DNA from: Octopus bimaculoides
Lineage: Eukaryota
Reading direction: 5' to 3'
Length of the DNA: 64,000 nt
Assembly: GCF_001194135.2 (NCBI RefSeq)
Contig: NC_068983.1
Coordinates: 37,447,098-37,511,097, forward strand
Positions 13,206 to 25,961 of this stretch are shown piece by piece. The notes under the pieces were generated by a model. The model ran no database searches. It was not told the DNA's origin and saw only the letters and a list, made by a program, of their open reading frames with translations. The stretch's first letter is position 1; each line of letters starts with the position of its first letter. The position numbers were made by a program, and so were the translations under genes.

Positions 13206-15761
13206 ACATTACTGGCATCAGTCTTACTAATCTAGGAGAGCCTACAAAAGTCATGGGCACTGCCCCTTCCTCCAGCCCCAAGAAGTAAAAAGCAAAAAAA
13301 CAAAAGTAGTTCTTATAACTCTACAATATGTATGTTCACTCAAAGAAATGTGCTGAAGAGAGTAAATAGAAGGGAGAAAGAGAGGGACAGAGCAATAGAA
13401 AAGAAAGACCAGGATGAATGGGTAAAGAGAGCAATAATATAATGGTAGAAAAATAATGACTGGAATGAGATGGTAGAGGGGAGAGTGATGTGTAGAAATA
13501 GACCTCTGTTACTATTCTTATAGTGGTAAGAGAATGAGGTAACCCAAGGGAGCAGGAATGATGACTGGCAATACAGAAAGGGTGATAGTAGAATGTATCG
13601 GGTACAAACAGATTTGATGCAGGTTCAGAGGTAAGAAATGTGTGATTCATTTGTAGGTTCCCTTTATTTGTTCACTTGGTCTACGTTGATTGAGTTGTTA
13701 ATTCAGGTTGTGCTCTATTGGAGTTTCAGTCGATCCTCAAAGTCCATCTGCAAACCATTTAAAAAGTTTTCATACTTGCCCCTTTTTGCTACCTTTTTCA
13801 GCTCAGGGTCATAGCAACATTGTCCCCTTAAAATAGCACCAACACACATTCACTAAACATATCTCAAGGAAAGACTTGACCGAGTGACCTTATCTAGGAC
13901 CTTATTTCATCTGTTCAACTCCACACAACAGAGAAAAGGATTGGCTTGTTGATTGACTTCTGGTTTAGAAAAAGATTAACTTTCAATTTAATTTGGTGTC
14001 ACATAAAAAGCACTATTTTCCTGATGCCATGTAAGAAGCACTCACTACATACTGTAAAGTGGTTGGCATTAGGAAGGGCATCCAGCATTAGAAACCAAGC
14101 CAAAACAGACTATAGAACCTGGTGCTGCTCTTGGCCTTGCAAGCTCCTGTTAAACCATTCAACACATGCTAGCATGGAGAATGGAAGTTAAATGATGATG
14201 ATGATGTATCAGGAAGAAAAAAGGAAAATACACTTGTAGCAATACTCCTTCACTCAGAAACATGTATCTTGGAGTATCTTGCAATGTAAAGATAGTTTTA
14301 ACAAAAGATTGCTTCTGGCAGAACCAATATGAAATACTTTTGATGATGATCTGCCTGTTTTTTGAGAGAGTGTTGTAGTCATACAAAAACATGTATTTCT
14401 ATACACATTTAAATGTATCCATGTGCATGTGTATTGGTGTATGCATTATGCATGCATGTGTTTATGCATGCACATATTTATGCATTCATGGATGTATGCA
14501 TGCATGTATGTATATGTTGAGGAGATAGAGTGAAAGTAACAAGAAAGTGAATTTGAAAAGCCGATAAAGATGTCAATGCATGGATTAAAATAGTATTATA
14601 GAAAGTATTTATCTGGAGTTTTTAATACCACTATTACTACTACAGTATTTGCAATGATAAAGAATATGTTTCTGATCTGCCATTCTCTGCCAAAAGATAC
14701 TTCTCATCTGCCTGTTGTTCATTTTACTATTATATAAATTTCTATTTTTATTCATCATCTCAACAGCTTCTTATTCAACCTAACTCACTGTTATCTCACT
14801 TTCTTATTTGTTTATTTGCTCTTTTTTTCATTTTTTAAAAACATTTGTGTATTTATTCATTTAATTTAATTATTTCTACACTTTAATGAGATTACTGTAA
14901 AATTTCTAATTTTCTAAGAATTTCATTAGACACACATCTACTTCACTTTACACACTTACATATAGCTTTTGTTCTACTTACTCAATTTCAAGGTTACTGT
15001 TTTGGTTCTAGTACAGCACTATGTGAGTTTTTTTATTTTTATGTGATTGACCTAGTGAGCATTTGATAAAATCTGGAGATATCCAACAGTAAAAACTACA
15101 TGCTTGTCTCTGAAGTACAAGAGTGATGCAAGTGCAATCCTATACCTGCCATGACTGAAATAAAGTTAAACCTTTGAGCATAAGGCCAGTAGCCAACACC
15201 ATATTACACAGTTAATATATTTCAGGGAACTTCAAAAAAGGAGCTAGAAAAAGTATAAGAAAGTTTATATTAGTTAGCAGGGATGTTGTCTTGAGGTTTG
15301 GTGACAAGTCTCTTCAAATCTTGAGAGTCTTTCATAGGTTCTTACAGAATACACAATTTCACTTTTCTGCAGGTTGACAATGCAAGTCTCAATTCCGATA
15401 TATTTCAGTCTCTTAGGTTGCAATTTATCATCATCATTATCATGGTGGTGGTGGTGGTGGTGGTGGTTGTGATGGCATGGACATTTAAATCAGTATAACA
15501 CATGGTTTACTTGACTGACTGTGGGTCTCATTAATAAATAATAATTTCGTTTGCTTAGGCACAAGTTTAGTTGTACAAGGCAAGTATAAAGTCAATACTG
15601 CCTTCCTTGTACATATTTTATCCCCTTCCAGAGGAATGGAAAGCAACGTGATATGAATTAAGAATAGTGAAGACCAAAATATAATTATTGTAATTTGATT
15701 AGTCTGTTGCCTGCCATTCTGCTGTTTCACTATACATTATTATGAATCATCATGCAATGCC

Positions 15762-16390
15762 CTAACCTAATAGTCAGGGTATTGCACTCACGATTGTGAG
15801 ATTGGTTTCAGTTCCTGGACTGGGTGGTGCGTTCTGTTCTTGAGCAAAGCATTTCATCTCGCATTGCTCTGCGATCACTTTGACACCCGATGTGAGGTAC
15901 ACCTTGTACCTGGCACGATAATATGTTCAGATTTTCTACTGGTACTTATTTTATTGACCCCAAAAGGATGAAAGGTAAAGACAGCCTTGGTAGAATTTGA
16001 ACTCAGAATGCAAAGATGGATAAAGTGCCACTAAGCATTTTATCTGACATTCTAATTACTGGCATCAGTCTTACTAATCTAGGAGAGCCTACAAAAGTCA
16101 TGGGCACTGCCCCTTCCTCCAGCCCCAAGAAGTAAAAAGCAAAAAGACAAAAGTAGTTCTTATAACTCTACAATATGTATGTTCACTCAAAGAAATGTGC
16201 TGAAGAGAGTAAATAGAAGGGAGAAAGAGAGGGACAGAGCAATAGAAAAGAAAGACCAGGATGAATGGGTAAAGAGAGCAATAATATAATAGTAGAAAAA
16301 TAATGACTGGAATGAGATGGTACAACACATACATTTGATCATTATAAACAAATCATTTGTGCTGATCATTTGGTAAAAAATTGCAGAACC
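15762..16390 (+). mobile_element. tRNA-headed SINE interrupted by a 408-bp composite insertion
   Basis: The flanks 15762-15914 and 16323-16390 align with uninterrupted copies at 38706-38985 and 62735-62975. Confidence 0.75.
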
Positions 16391-16814
16391 ATTTTTCTCA
16401 TTCTATGAGCGACTACCATCATTAGGAATTGTCATTGTTTTAACATCTGCTTTTCTATGTTTGCATGGCCCAGAAGGGGTTCATTGAGGCAGATTTTCTG
16501 TGACTGGATGCCTTCCTGTTGCCAACCCTCACCTGTTTCCAAACAAGGAAATGCTTCCTCAAGACCAGACATGTTCCTATGGAGAACTAGAAACAAAGGA
16601 TATTGCTGGTATGATCATGACATTTATTGATATGTTACATGATATCAAGATAAGGAGACTCAAACACACATACATTCATATGTGCGTGCACACACACGCA
16701 TACACACACACTACCAAATCCACTTGCCAGCCTTTGGTCAACTTCGGGTGATATTAAAAACACCTGCCAAGGTGCCACTCAGTGAGATTGAACACGAAAT
16801 CATAAATAAACCAA

Positions 16815-18335
16815 AAGGTAAATAATGGTTTTACATTTTAGCACAAGGCCAGCAATTTTGCGAGAAGGGATGGGTTGATTACTTCAACCCTAGTGGTACT
16901 TAATTTATTGGCCCTAAAAGGATGAAATGCAAAGTCAACCTTGGTGGAATTTGAACTCAGAACATAAAGATAGATGAGATGCTGCTAGGCATTTTTCCCG
17001 GCGTGCTAATGATTCTGCCAGCTTGCCACCTTAGTGATAACGATAATCCCTTATACTATAGGTACAAAGCCTGAAATTTTTTAAGGGAGAGGACCAGTCA
17101 AATACATTGACCCTAATGCTCAACTGGTACCTATTTTATCAACCCTAGAAGGGTGAAAGGTAAAGTCAATCTCAGGAATTTCAACTCAGAACATGATGTG
17201 TCGGAAGAAATACTGCTAAGCATTATGTCCAATGTGCTAACAGTTCTGCCAGCTCACTAATTTAATAATAATAATAGTAATAATTCTTTCTAATTTTGGC
17301 ATAAGGTCAGCGATTTTGAGGGGAGAGGGCAAGAAGATTCAGTACTTGACTGTTACTTTATTGATTCTGAAATGATGCAATGCAAAGTTGACTCTGGCAA
17401 GATTTGAACTCAGACCAGAAGATGAAATGTTTGGCAGCATTTCATCTCCTGTGCTAACGATTCTGTCAGCTCAACTTCTTCAATAATAATAATGACGATA
17501 ATATGTTCAGATTTTCTACTGGTACTTATTTTATTGACCCCAAAAGGATGAAAGGTAAAGACAGCCTTGGTAGAATTTGAACTCAGAATGCAAAGATGGA
17601 TAAAGTGCCACTAAGCATTTTATCTGACATTCTAATGATTCTGCCAGCTCATTACCTTTTTAACCCTTTCATTACTGTATTTATTTTGAGATGCTAAGAA
17701 TTTAGTAAAATAGCTTAGTTATCATTCAGCTAGTGTTAGGAACATAAATTGTGACTAAAGTTTGGTGGAAGATTTTAATTCAGAACTTTTGCAAACAAGA
17801 CATTTGTACTCAGAGTCAGAGCCAGTTTCAGCTGGGTTAGCATCAAAAGGGTTAAGAATTGTTTCTCTATTATATATTTTAACACTTCTGTTACCATATT
17901 TCTGTTGAGATGTTTTGTGTTTCTTTCAATTAATTTTAAATATAACAAAGAATTTAGTAAAATAACTTAGTTATCATTAAACTAGTGTTAGGAACATAAA
18001 TTATGAGTAAGGTTTGGTGGAAGATTTTAATTCAAAACTTATGAAAACAAAACATTTGTACTCAGAGCTAGAGCTGGTTTCAGTCGGGTTGGTAATGAAA
18101 GGGTTAATAATAATGTTTTCAAATCTTGAGTCAAGACCAGCAGATTTAAAGAAAGGGGTTTAGTCAATTACATCAACCCTAATGCTCAGCTGGTGCTTAT
18201 TTTATCAACACCAAAAGGATGAAAGACTAGTGATCTTGGCAGTATTTGAACTCAGAATGTAAAGAGCTGGATGAAATTTCACTATGTATTTTGTCCAACA
18301 CAGTAACAATTCTGCTGGCTCACCATCTTCAATAA
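16815..18335 (-). mobile_element. Cluster of about five head-to-tail copies of the same SINE family, with two TTAA MITEs inserted
   Basis: Repeated reverse-complement core (TTGACCCC..AAAGGATGAAAGG..GAATTTGAACTCAGAA..GATTCTGCCAGCT) separated by (TAA)n. Confidence 0.8.
17664..17851. mobile_element. piggyBac-type MITE (TTAA TSD, CCC...GGG ends)
   Basis: TTAA|CCCTTTC at 17660-17670 and AAAAGGG|TTAA at 17845-17855; a second copy of the family lies at 17883-18103 and a reversed partial copy at 20004-20199. Confidence 0.8.
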
Positions 18336-18436
18336 TAATATATAAAAATGTTATTGATCCAAAGTAAATAATGATTTTTATCATGAGAATGTGATCTTTA
18401 GTTTGTCAAAAAGATGTCTAGTCTAGACAATTGAAT

Positions 18437-18593
18437 TTATCTTAACATTTTATTTCCATTATCTGAACATTATATTTTCATTATCTGAAAAATTATATTG
18501 TCATTATCTGAACATGCTATATTCATTATCCAAACATTCTATTGTCATTATCTAAACGTTATATTTTCATTATCTAAACATTATATTTTCATT
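18437..18593. repeat. 22-bp minisatellite, about 7 units (TTATCTGAACATTATATTTTCA)
   Basis: Directly visible tandem units with scattered substitutions. Confidence 0.85.
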
Positions 18594-19496
18594 AGAGCAA
18601 GTTTTCTTTGAGACAAAAATAGTTTTTTGTATTTTCCCCAATAATATGATTCTTTGATTGAAATAAATTGATCCACTTATGCTTTCATTTTCTTTCATTT
18701 CTATTAATTTTTTAAAATTTTAGATTTAATTTTTCAGAGATTTTCTATTTATAAATGCATAAAATAAATTCCACTTAAAAATATCCATTCAAGTTGAAAA
18801 AAGAAAATACATTATTCAACCAGATTTTTTAGGTTCCCTACTCAAATGCCATCGATTAGCGACAATTTATTGTTGACGTCATACTAAGTCTTACAGATCA
18901 GAGGTTTCACCTTCCTTCTCACACATGAGTCAATGCAAAATCTTCTATGGTTGCTTTATTTAGCAACCAAAAATGCATTGAAAAAAATCATTACTATATT
19001 TAGAATGGGGGAAACCATATATTATCACAAATCTTGGATGATGACAAATTTAATTAATAATACAGCATTTTACTTAATCAGTTAACATTTTACTTAATCA
19101 GTTACTAATTTATCATGGGTGTTGGCCTGATCAAAGCCTGCTAGGACTGCTCAAAAAAACATTTCCGAAAGATCTCGTTCAGAGTTCATTCTGGTATTGC
19201 TGGTTAGTAGTGATGGTGGTAGCAGCTGCAGTGGTGTTGTTGGTGGTGGTGGTGTTGTTGTTGGTGGTGGTGATAGTAGTTATCTAACCCTGGGCTAAAC
19301 AACAGCTGCCTATTGGTCGTTTCATTTATTGTCTCTTGTGCTAAACTTTGATTACCATTGCGCTCAAATAAACATGGTGATGAAGGGAACCTCATTTGAC
19401 CAGCTAGAAATAGCAACAAAATCTCACTCAAATCACACCCTGCCTTCAAACTTTTGCATAGCAAAGTTATAAATAACATATTTTAATATACCACAT

Positions 19497-19951
19497 AAAG
19501 AGCACTCGTGCCAGTGCCATGTAAAAGCACCCTTGGTGGCACATGTAAAAAGCACCTTTGCTGACACCATGTAGAAGCCTCTATGCTGGTGCTATGTAAA
19601 GGCACCTATGTCGGTGCCACATAGAAAGTACTTGTGCCAGTGCCACATAAAAGCATTCATGCTGGCGCTAATGTAAAAGCACCCACACAGGTGCCACATA
19701 GAAAACACCTGTGCCAGTATCACATAAATAGCACCTGTGTTGGTGCCATGTAAGAATCACCAATACCAGCACCACGTAAAAGCATCCAGTACACTCAGTA
19801 AAGTTGTTGACATTAGGAAGGGCATCCAACTGTAGAGACCATGCCAAAACAGATGACTGGTGCCTGGTATAGCAACTTCTGGCTTGCCAGCTCCTGTCAA
19901 ACCATCTAACCCATGCCAGCATGGGGAATAGACACAAAGTGATGATGATGA
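19497..19951 (+). mobile_element. RTE-type 3' UTR with an expanded ~25-bp minisatellite (about 12 units)
   Basis: Head-to-tail units resembling GCCAGTGCCACGTAAAAGCACC over 19497-19790, then TTAGGAAGGGCATCC...CCATGCCAGCATGG and (GAT)n. Confidence 0.8.
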
Positions 19952-20293
19952 TTTTACAGGATGCTCAAGCATTAGTAGATTTTCTGATGCTCGTTTGTTT
20001 TAACCCTTTTGTTACCAACCTGCTTGAGAGCACCCCATGTTTCTATGACAGTGTTCCTGTTTTAAAGTGATTTAAGTTAAAATCCTCCATTAAAATTTTA
20101 TGTTAATTTATGTTATAAACACCAGCTTAATAATGACAAGTTCATTTTACTAAAGTCTTTGTTATTTTAAAAAGTAATTGAAACAAAGGCAGTATATTTC
20201 TCTCCTTGTCTCTCTTTTTTTTTTCTCTTTTTTCTCTCCTTGTCTCTCTTTTTTTTTTCTCTCTTTTTTCTCTCCTTGTTTCTTTCTGTGTTC

Positions 20294-20440
20294 CTTTCTG
20301 TGGAAGAGCGTAGGCTCGAAAAGTTAAAGACTTTTTCACTTCCCAAGCGTTATACTAATACATCTGTTTGTTGTCTACACCACCTGTCTTCGTCTTTTTT
20401 TTTGGGGGGGGGGTGAATTCTCCCTATATTTCAATAGAAA
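20294..20440 (+). repeat. Penelope-like terminal repeat with degenerate hammerhead motif
   Basis: CTTT-CTGTGGA-A-GAGC GTAG GCTC-GAAA-AGTT-AAAG; helix I CTTT/AAAG and helix II GAGC/GCTC are retained. Confidence 0.5.
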
Positions 20441-23400
20441 TATGATAACAAAAGCTTTAATGTTGACTTTTCCATGCTAGCATGGATTGAATGGAGACTT
20501 GGTTGAGTTAGGACTTTTAAGGCCAGGATACTGTAAATTGTCTCGTTTTAAAAATCTGTGGTGTACCTAGACACCTCTTGCAGTGCACTGTTTGAGACCT
20601 ACTGCTTTAAGTGAAGGATAAACTATATTTTTGAAGAGAGTTACAGCTATGTGAATTTGTTGGAAATCTGGATGCTGACCAAGCATCATCAGTTCTGTAT
20701 CCTGTAATTAGCATTATACCTTTCATGACTAACACAGGTGCTTAAACCTTCTTGTTCAAATACAGCTGACTGTAAATATAGAAGCATGTGGAACACTTTA
20801 TTCGTAGTCTATATGAAAAGGACTTGGATTCAGTCCTGAATGCTAATGAAACCCTCTTCAATTTTACATTATGTGCATGTGTGTGTTCGTTGGTGTCTCC
20901 TTGTCTTCACATTGCATGGCAGTTGTAGATGAGTGTCTCTGTCATACAAGTGGTGTCATTCATTTTCAGTCTTCCATGGAAACATGTCTGGCCAAGGGGA
21001 AATATTACCTTACTCAGAAAGAAGTGAGAATTAGTGGCAGGAAGGGCTCCTGGTTGTAAAAAAATCTGTCCCAGTGAATTCCATCTGACCCATGCATGCA
21101 TTGAAAAGCAGGCATTAAAACAACAATGATGATAATGATGAAAAGGAGGAGGATGATAATGGCTATGGTGGCCAATAAATTATTTTCCTTTCTGAAAAGG
21201 GTTACATTGGGAGTGGGTGGGGGTGATTTGAGGAAGATTTCACTGCTACTGTTAATGCAGATAATGTTTACTTTAAAACATTCGCCTGAGCTCTTTTGAA
21301 AAGGTTACCTTTTATCCCTGTCAACCTTCATCTCTATCCTCCTCCTCCCCCTCCTGCTCCTTGTTTTCAGAGCAAATATAAATTAACACACTCCATCCAC
21401 AGAAATGAACATAATTAGGTTATTGTAATTTAACAAGATAGATTATGACACATCCAAAAGGAATGTTATTTCTGACCATGATAGTTGCATTTTGAAGCAT
21501 CTCTTTCCCAAACACTTACTTGCCAAAATATATTTGGTAACTCACCGGTCAAACCTGGTAAATAAATATTAAATCAACCTTCTGTCTTTTCACTTTTCAT
21601 ACCTTGCCATTAGTGAAAGTGTATTTCACTTAGACCCTGCCTTCAGTTATCGTTGCAAATTGTAGTGTTATGGGATCTGACTGAGTGTTTCAAGGTATTA
21701 AGTGATTGAGGTATAATTCATTCTCCTGAGACAGGACACCATGAATCATCTCGCATTTAAACTGGCCAATATCTAACCCAAATATCCTACATGTTTCTAA
21801 GTTCAAACTTGCCAGAACCAGCCTCGTATACCTATCCTACAATGCCTTTCTAAAAATAAATAATCACATCATCTAAATGTCTGAGTTGAATGACTCATTC
21901 AAAACAATGTAAATAAATAGGAATTACATTCGACAGAATAATCTGAATACTAAAGAGTTAAACAATCCTCTTGTAGATTGTCGTTATTTTATAGCCCTTG
22001 GTCAGTCCAGATCAAGCAGAACTATAAGCAAAAGCATCCCAACCACAACCATCCCCTGTCATCCTGTATTTTTGTACATCAGGGAATACATTGTTTTGTT
22101 TATCCTTCTTTATATGAGAGTTTATTTTTGTGATTTGAGTGAGGTTTAGTTGTTATTTCTAGCAGATCAAATAACCATGTAAATACTTCCTTTTGTAAGT
22201 TTTACTTATGGGAATAGTAGAGCTGACAAAACACTTGTTAATGACGCAGTATTTCAGTTATTAATGTAGACAATATAGTATAGGATTTGACTGAAATAAA
22301 CAAAAGATAAAACTCATGAAGAAAATGCTGATTTCTTGTATATAACTAAGTAAATAAGTCTAATGAAGTCTTCTTAATCAGTAAAAATGTTTCTTTGATG
22401 GAAAATTATGAAGAATATAGAACATAATGGTTGTTGTGTTCTTTTATTTTACTCTGAGTGACAGTTTGTAATGATAAATGAAGACAGCTACTATGATAAA
22501 TACATATTTTAATAGTCAATCTGGAGTCATTCCTGTGATTCAGATTTAGCAACCATTGCAAATTCTGAAGACTAAAATAAAGATAAATTTCCGTTTCATT
22601 AAAAATACAAAAAGAAATTGTATTATTTTTGAGAGGGAAATTTCATATAAGTGCTATTAAATGTAACCTGATATGTATTATATAATGAAAATAAGACTGT
22701 CTCTTTTAAATACGGAATGAAAAAAATGTTTCGGGAATAATTTTTGTGAGGTAAAATTTCTTATAGGTGCTATTAAATGTAAATTGATATGAAATTTATA
22801 ATTGAAATAACAGAATTATGTAGCAGCAACATTTTGAAGAAATGATTATTATTTTAATGGTGGAATTGTTAGAATATTAAGTCATCTCTTGAAGTCATTC
22901 TTGTATCTGCTTCAGTCACCTCATTCAGCTGCCAGCTTTGCTTCCCAGTTTAAATGTATCACAGTAACAAGAGACACCAATAGAAATACACATTCTTGAA
23001 TAATTCATACAGTTTCAAATATTTCCAGAAGAGTTCAATTAAAAATAGGAAAGTAGTCATGGCTATAAGCATGGCTGTGTGGGTAAGGAGCTTTCTTTGT
23101 AACCATGTGATTTCAGGTTCAGTCCCACTGTACAGCATATTGACTTTCTTCCTCCCTCCAATTGCTGGCATTGTGCAAAAATTTGAAACCTATAGTTTTC
23201 ATTATTCTCCAGGCATCTTTTCTAGTCTAACACAGAATTATTGGAGGTTGAGTAAAAAGTGTTTTGTGGTTTTTGTTCTGAGTCTTTATGTTCCAAGATG
23301 AAATCCCACTGGGATCCTTTCATCATCCCACATTTCCTTTCATCTGCCCTGGGATCAATAAAGTAAACTACCAGTGGAAATGAACAGCATTGATTGTATG

Positions 23401-24755
23401 ATGTTGACATTCATTTACAACCATCACATGATGTCAAAACAGGGCTACACACAAACACACACCTATATACAATGTACTTCTTTCAGTTTCTATTCATATA
23501 CTCACGAGGCCTTGGTTGAACCAGGACTATAGTTCTATTATAACCCAAGGTCAACTAAAGCCCAAGGTGCCATTCAGTGGGAGTGAACCAAAGACCATAC
23601 AAACAGAAAACAAGCTTCTTAACCACACAGCCACAATAATCCTTTCTACTCTAAGCACAAAGCCTGAAATTTGTGGGAGGGGTATAGTCGATTACACTAA
23701 CCCCAGTGTTTCACTGGTGCTTAATTTATCAACCCCAAAAGGTTGAAAAGCAAAGTCAACCTCAACGGAATTTGAACTCAGAACGTCAAGGCAGACGAAA
23801 TGCTGCTGAGTATTTCGCCCGGTGTGCTAACGATTCTGCCAGCTCACAGCCTTACACAGCCACAATAACAATAACAATAAGTTTAGTTTTAAGAACATCA
23901 TATTGTGATAGCTTTTGGCATCATATCCATGAAGAGAGATATCTTCTGCACTTTTAATCTTCACTTTCTAACTTAAGGAATACCTTGACATTTATAGATG
24001 TATATGCGCTTAACAATTCTCTCTCACTGTCTCACAATATGTATATACATTCAATTTTCTGAAAGATGTTTTTCCTATGTTTATGATGACATTAGACATG
24101 TTGTTTTGTTCACTTTGGGTTTGAGAAAATTATTTTTAGCAATTTAGATTTCCATCAATCATTAATACCAAACAGATAAAAACAAAATGTCAGGTATGAA
24201 ATGGTGGGATTAAATATCTTTTTTCATAATCTGAAGTTTAGTGATATCTGTATTTTGAATAATGTTAGAGTTTAATTTTTAGTTATTTGCCTTAAACAGC
24301 AGTTCCCAGGGCCTCATGTGACCCTCAAACATCCTTTCAGCTGTCCTCAATCGTCTTACCTCTATAAATAAAGTAAATTTTTTTTACTAGTGTTTCACTG
24401 CATTTTTTGGTGTAACCCCTTTAAAAGATCCAGGTTTTGGATTGGGTCCGGATATTAAAGATAGTTGAGAATCAGTGTCAAATATGAGGTGCTTCAGAAT
24501 TGAGGGTAAAATCCATAATGCTATGAAGTTCGTGATGACCTGTATCAGCGGTGTTTAGTGCATAAAAGAATTTATTAAGATTAATTGCTGCAATGTTTCC
24601 AACCTTTGTCCTTTATCTGGTTATCAGAAACTCTTGGACTTGTTTTAGGCTTCAAGTTATTGAGTTGGGTTCAGAATTACAAAACACCAACCAAATAGTT
24701 ATTTATATTTCATTCTTATGTCACTAGCTCTTTTACCTGTCTTGAGGTATAAGCT

Positions 24756-25226
24756 TGTAGCGGCACAAGTAGTCACCGCCATGTTGGATGAGATCTCACG
24801 GCAGCCACTGCCATCTCCAAGACTGGAGCGAGATCTCACCTGCATCCATTTGCCATGTGTGTGATCGCAACAAGGCTCGCGATGGCAAACTGGATAAAAC
24901 AGCCCAGTAACCAGATTCAAGCTTTTTTCCCACTGCAACCGCTAGCAGAGCACACTTCACTGGCTTGTCCTCTCGGCTAGTCTGCTTGTCGCATCTCCTG
25001 AGGCAATGGGCCCGCGTAACGGAGAACGGTGAATTCATACCACATGAGATGGCTGCAAAAGTGTAACATACAACACCTTCATATATATTGTAAATAAAAC
25101 CTAATGGAGAACCTGCATTTTGCCTAATACTTCTTTACTCTACTGCTGGAGCCTTAGCAACACGAAGAATAAGAAATTAATGGGAGAAAGGCAATATTCA
25201 ACCGATATCCAGAACCTTGCCTCACA
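24756..25226 (+). mobile_element. Probable solo LTR (471 bp)
   Basis: GC-rich island beginning TGTAGCGG and ending GCCTCACA; AATAAA at 25093-25098; flanked by TATAAGCT on both sides. Confidence 0.5.
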
Positions 25227-25961
25227 TTATAAGCTTAAGGGACTTCATCATGTGTACATGTACTCCTTTCACTCTATTTATATTCCCCTCTTCTTGGGCT
25301 GTGTAGAACTGATGTCATTCACTCTCACTGTTTATCCACCTCTTACCATTCATCATGCTCTAACTCCAACCCTCTCTGGTGCTGGTGCCATGAGAAAATG
25401 CTTGCAGTAGAATTAAGAAGTTTTCTTAGCTTCTTCAATGATATCATAGCTTCCCTAGTGCTGGTATCACAAAAAAATACTCTCAGTTCACTCTGTAAAG
25501 TGGTTGGCATTAAGAAAGTCATCCAGCTAAAGAAACTAAACCAAATATTGAAACTTGCCCTCCAATCCTTCTAGGAGGGTGGCAACAATCTGTCCAACTT
25601 ATACAAGCATAGAAATTGGACATATAAACAACAATGATGGTGATGATGATGATGATAACAGCAATGATATTTGTGTTATAGTACAAGACCATTGTTATAA
25701 TCTTTATTCTGCAATATTGCAGTTAATTGAGCTTTGTGGATAGTTTATCTCCATATTCCTGTCTTTTCCATCTTTGATGTACATTGTCTTAGGGATTAAG
25801 GATTAGAACTGCTAATTCTATGACAATTAGTACAGATTTGTTCACACAAGACTTGAGTCTTGTTTTAGAGATTCAAGAAACTCGTACCAATGTTCTCTTG
25901 TTTGCTTCTGGAGATTAATACTTTGTTGACATGATTAAGACTTTCAAATATGTTGTTCCTC

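Noticed and set aside
19497-19790. CRISPR-like periodic array
   Set aside because: The units are degenerate, abut head-to-tail with no unique spacers, lie in a LINE 3' UTR, and there are no cas genes in this eukaryotic context.
20978-20990. GAAACATGTC hammerhead half
   Set aside because: No upstream CUGANGA; it is internal to a SINE-like repeat.
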